Source: Synechococcales cyanobacterium VAR_4_metabat_354 (lineage in GTDB: Bacteria; Cyanobacteriota; Cyanobacteriia; Cyanobacteriales; Chamaesiphonaceae). From it: a DNA stretch of 64,000 bases. Shown piece after piece: positions 60,887 through 64,000 of the stretch (position 1 is the first letter of the stretch; every line of letters starts with the position of its first letter). The position numbers and the translations under genes were made by a program. Under the pieces are notes generated by a model. It was not told where the DNA came from and searched no databases. It was given only the letters and a program-made list of their open reading frames with translations. The stretch is from NCBI GenBank assembly GCA_031414775.1, contig JANOQI010000062.1, positions 1-64,000 on the forward strand, written 5' to 3'.

Positions 60887-61624
60887 CTACAAAGCTTTAA
60901 ATATGCCCGGTTCGGTTCTGATCGGAATTGCCGTGACATTATCCAGCGCCGCGCAGTATTGAATGTCGATATCACAATTGAGACGGAGCAGACGTTGGCC
61001 ATGGCTGGCTAGCCGTAATAACTCCACTAAGTCATTTTGCCACTGCTGGTACAAACTGATCGCGGCTACCGTCTCATCGTTACCAGCGAAATCTTTTAAC
61101 TCCTTGCCCTGGAGCTTTTCTTGCAAACTGTGAGTGATCGCCCCCGCACAAACAGTATCTTCGAGGGCATAATTGCCTTCCCATCCCGATCCAACAATCC
61201 AGACCGTCTCGGGTTTTAGTTCAAGCAAGTAATCTACGATTGCTGATCGATTAATTAAAGCGGCGGCTAATACGGTTTTAGCACCTGCAATCCTTTGCAG
61301 CGTCCGAGTACCATTGGTCGTACTAATAAATAGTCGCTTGCCACCCACCACATCGGGCGTACAATCTAACGGCGAATTGCCTAAATCACAGCCTTCTACC
61401 TTAGAACCACCCCGTTCACCACCACGCAATCTTTTGGCTGCTGGCCAGCTCTCGCTCTTGGCCATCAGCGTATCCATATCGAGAAAGGCTTCGATCGCTT
61501 CCGCCCCAGAGGCTAAAGCCGTTACCATGGTAGTGGTCGCCCGCAACACATCGATGGCGATCGCACAATCCGGCGCATGGTCGGTGGGGGTTAGTTCAGG
61601 AGTGTGATAAACAGATACTTTCAC
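60887..61624 (-). CDS. comB: 2-phosphosulfolactate phosphatase family protein
   Basis: [27 protein letters not shown]. Confidence 0.9.
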   Translation of the reverse strand: MKVSVYHTPELTPTDHAPDCAIAIDVLRATTTMVTALASGAEAIEAFLDMDTLMAKSESWPAAKRLRGGERGGSKVEGCDLGNSPLDCTPDVVGGKRLFISTTNGTRTLQRIAGAKTVLAAALINRSAIVDYLLELKPETVWIVGSGWEGNYALEDTVCAGAITHSLQEKLQGKELKDFAGNDETVAAISLYQQWQNDLVELLRLASHGQRLLRLNCDIDIQYCAALDNVTAIPIRTEPGIFKAL

Positions 61625-61696
61625 AGTTTTAATAAGTATAAATACTAAAAATAATCTAAGCTTTCAATTCTAACCCGTAGCCTGGAGCATTCGACG

Positions 61697-62983
61697 CTAA
61701 TCACGGCTAGTGACCGATAAACCTTCTACTAAAATTGAAGGCGTATAGCAAGGACCATTCCAATCAGCATCATTACCCAGCGCCACAATATTTTTGAGAG
61801 CACTGTAAACATTGCCGCTAACCATCGTATCTTTAACGCGACCAATTACTTCACCGCGCTGTACTAAGTAGCCTAAATCGACATTGATCGAAAACTCCCC
61901 AGAAATTCCGGCACCACCGCCTAAAACTTGATCAACAATCAAACCTCGATCGATCGACCCAATTAGTTCGGCCAGTGATTGCTCGCCGGGAGCAATCAAC
62001 ATATTTACCAGACCGGGGGTGGGATAGCTGCCCAGACCCGGACGAAAACCACAGCCGGTGGAACCAGAACCCAAATTTTCGCCGACCGTTCGATCGGCGT
62101 AAAATAATTGTAATTTGCCTTTTTTGACAAAGGTCAAAGGTCGAGTAGGAGTACCTTCATCGTCAAAGGGGCAACTGTACGGGCCTTGAGTAGGTTCTTG
62201 GGTGATCGTCAACTGGTCGGACATGACAATCTGGCCTAACCTGTCGTTCCAAGGCGAAGCGCCTTCGACCACTTGTTTACCATTGATGGCTGCTTGCACT
62301 GTTTCCCACAGCATATCAGCGGCTTTGGCTGTAAATATTACCGGCACTTTGCCGCTCGGTGATGGCACATTTTTCTTTGCCCAGTGCAGCCGCTGGAAAA
62401 TTTGTTGAACAATTTTTTCTGGTTCCAGAAAATCACGCTGGGTTTGGCCATCGCCGATCGCCAAAAAATCTTCACCCCGCACCCATTCAGCGGCAATATA
62501 AGCGCTGAGCGTGGTGTCGGTATAGCTACAGTCTAGTCCCAGGCTATTCACTAACCGCGTGGTTTCCGATTCACAGTCCCACTGGCTGCTACACAAGACT
62601 TCTGGAAAAGCCTCTCGAATGGTCTGGATGGACTCTCGTCCCATCGCCAACAGTTCGTTCACTTCTACCATTTTGCCGAGATCGGGGTAGATCTTTTTAC
62701 TCCCACTATTCAGCTGGGGAGTTTCCACTTCATTCAATTCTGCAATGGCCAGCGTCTTATCTACCAACACCTGCGGATCGACCGGGCCAAAGGCCACGGC
62801 TAAGCCGGGTTTGCCATTGCGCCACAACCGTAAGGCAGTACCTTCACTCTGAGCACTTTCCAACTGTTTAAGGCGATTGGCCTCAAAGAAAATTGGTCGC
62901 GAGAAGGACTGAGATTGATAGACCTCAGCCATTTCTGCCCCGGCTTTAGCAGACAGCTCCAGGAGCTGTTCAGAAATATCCAC
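61697..62983 (-). CDS. pmbA: TldD/PmbA family protein
   Basis: PFDDEGTP, SGEFS, GRVKDTMVSGN; GTG start inferred. Confidence 0.85.
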   Translation of the reverse strand: MDISEQLLELSAKAGAEMAEVYQSQSFSRPIFFEANRLKQLESAQSEGTALRLWRNGKPGLAVAFGPVDPQVLVDKTLAIAELNEVETPQLNSGSKKIYPDLGKMVEVNELLAMGRESIQTIREAFPEVLCSSQWDCESETTRLVNSLGLDCSYTDTTLSAYIAAEWVRGEDFLAIGDGQTQRDFLEPEKIVQQIFQRLHWAKKNVPSPSGKVPVIFTAKAADMLWETVQAAINGKQVVEGASPWNDRLGQIVMSDQLTITQEPTQGPYSCPFDDEGTPTRPLTFVKKGKLQLFYADRTVGENLGSGSTGCGFRPGLGSYPTPGLVNMLIAPGEQSLAELIGSIDRGLIVDQVLGGGAGISGEFSINVDLGYLVQRGEVIGRVKDTMVSGNVYSALKNIVALGNDADWNGPCYTPSILVEGLSVTSRD

Positions 62984-63854
62984 TGGCGGCTCCTGCCTCT
63001 TGCAATAACCAAAATCCGGCAAATTCTTCGGCTGTCGGGGAAGATTGCACCGCTAAAAAATGTACGCCGTTGGATTTTTGCTTGGCGCGCTCAAAACTTA
63101 CCGCTTCGTTAGCAATTACCATTTGGGTGGATATGTCTAGGTTAGCTAATGTCCAACTATTACTAGCACCAGTTTCGAGCAATATTTGGCTCTGGGGCGC
63201 TGGAGAGTAGCGCACCATCGCCAGTTCCAGTCCTGAGATCCAAGCAGCAATCGGGATGGATCGATCGCTAAAAATCAACAGCCCCGGTACCTGACAGTCC
63301 GGTGAAATGTTGGCCAACTCCAAGGGGAAAGCTTCAGAAAAGCCGATCGACCAATCTGGCATGTCTTGCAATTCGCTAGCTGCCAAATTCACGAAGGCCC
63401 ACTTATTGCCCATGATCGCATCCGGCAAAGGCTGCGGCGGATCGGACATCATTTGTACTGACGGGGCAGGCTGCTTTTGATAGGTCGGATTGAGGCTGTA
63501 AACCTCTAATTCCCTTTGTTGCAGCCAATGCTGAACCGCAATGGTGCGCCGACTAGGAGTGGCCGGAATTCCCACGTCTTTGCAAGCTTTCAGAATCATG
63601 TTGTTCATCTGCCGCCGAAAGAAGCGAATCCCTTGGGGGACTTCTGTGGACAGAGCGATCGCTTGCTGCAAGGCATCACTGAGCCAAGCAGCATTTACGC
63701 GATCGCTAGGGCAATTTTGGGTAAACCGAAATAAGGAATCGGCGGATTGACGAGTATTCTGAGGACTTTCACAGACCAGCAGCTCCCAAACCTTTTTTTG
63801 TTGATCATCTAAAATCGGACGGGAATAGAAGTCAATTTCCCAAATTTTTCCCAT
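62970..63854 (-). CDS. Tab2/Atab2 family RNA-binding protein
   Basis: IWEIDFYSRP..KKVWELL, RFFRRQM, HFLAVQ..FAGFWLL. Confidence 0.9.
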   Translation of the reverse strand: MGKIWEIDFYSRPILDDQQKKVWELLVCESPQNTRQSADSLFRFTQNCPSDRVNAAWLSDALQQAIALSTEVPQGIRFFRRQMNNMILKACKDVGIPATPSRRTIAVQHWLQQRELEVYSLNPTYQKQPAPSVQMMSDPPQPLPDAIMGNKWAFVNLAASELQDMPDWSIGFSEAFPLELANISPDCQVPGLLIFSDRSIPIAAWISGLELAMVRYSPAPQSQILLETGASNSWTLANLDISTQMVIANEAVSFERAKQKSNGVHFLAVQSSPTAEEFAGFWLLQEAGAASGYF

Positions 63855-64000
63855 TGCTGAATCTGCTGCGGTGTATTGGCCAATCAATAGATCATGATAT
63901 CAGTTAACCGGACACTGCCTAATGTGACTAGTGCCCAACTACCGCAGTACCAGTATCAAAAATCTACGAGAAATGAATTAGTGGGATCTCCTGAATTTAC

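Overview
Cyanobacterial chromosomal window (very dense CGATCG/HIP1-type motifs, petBD, ctpA, ndhP, sigC, cyanobacterial tmRNA tag). Most of it is housekeeping: murBC, ssrA, apt, Tat-type MnSOD, modAB, menE, cobK/cobL, thiO, tyrA, ispD, petBD. It also has a four-gene mycosporine-like amino acid cluster (mysABCD). There are two notable accessory regions. (1) 1-5.2 kb is a decayed type I R-M island next to tRNA-Thr/tRNA-Tyr. In it, toxin-antitoxin and ATPase modules are chained by short hsdR-start and hsdS-end stubs joined at GATCGATC motifs. (2) 36.5-40.7 kb (+) and 45.1-46.2 kb (-) are two integron-like gene-cassette arrays with four attC sites (three canonical-looking, one degenerate). No integrase gene is present in the window. 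Both arrays are headed by the same conserved non-coding leader (an 11-8-11 inverted repeat plus a direct-repeat motif; the intact copy also has an attI-like core). This suggests a dispersed, integrase-less cassette-capture platform served in trans. All product calls come from reading the sequence and recalling family motifs; no searches were run.
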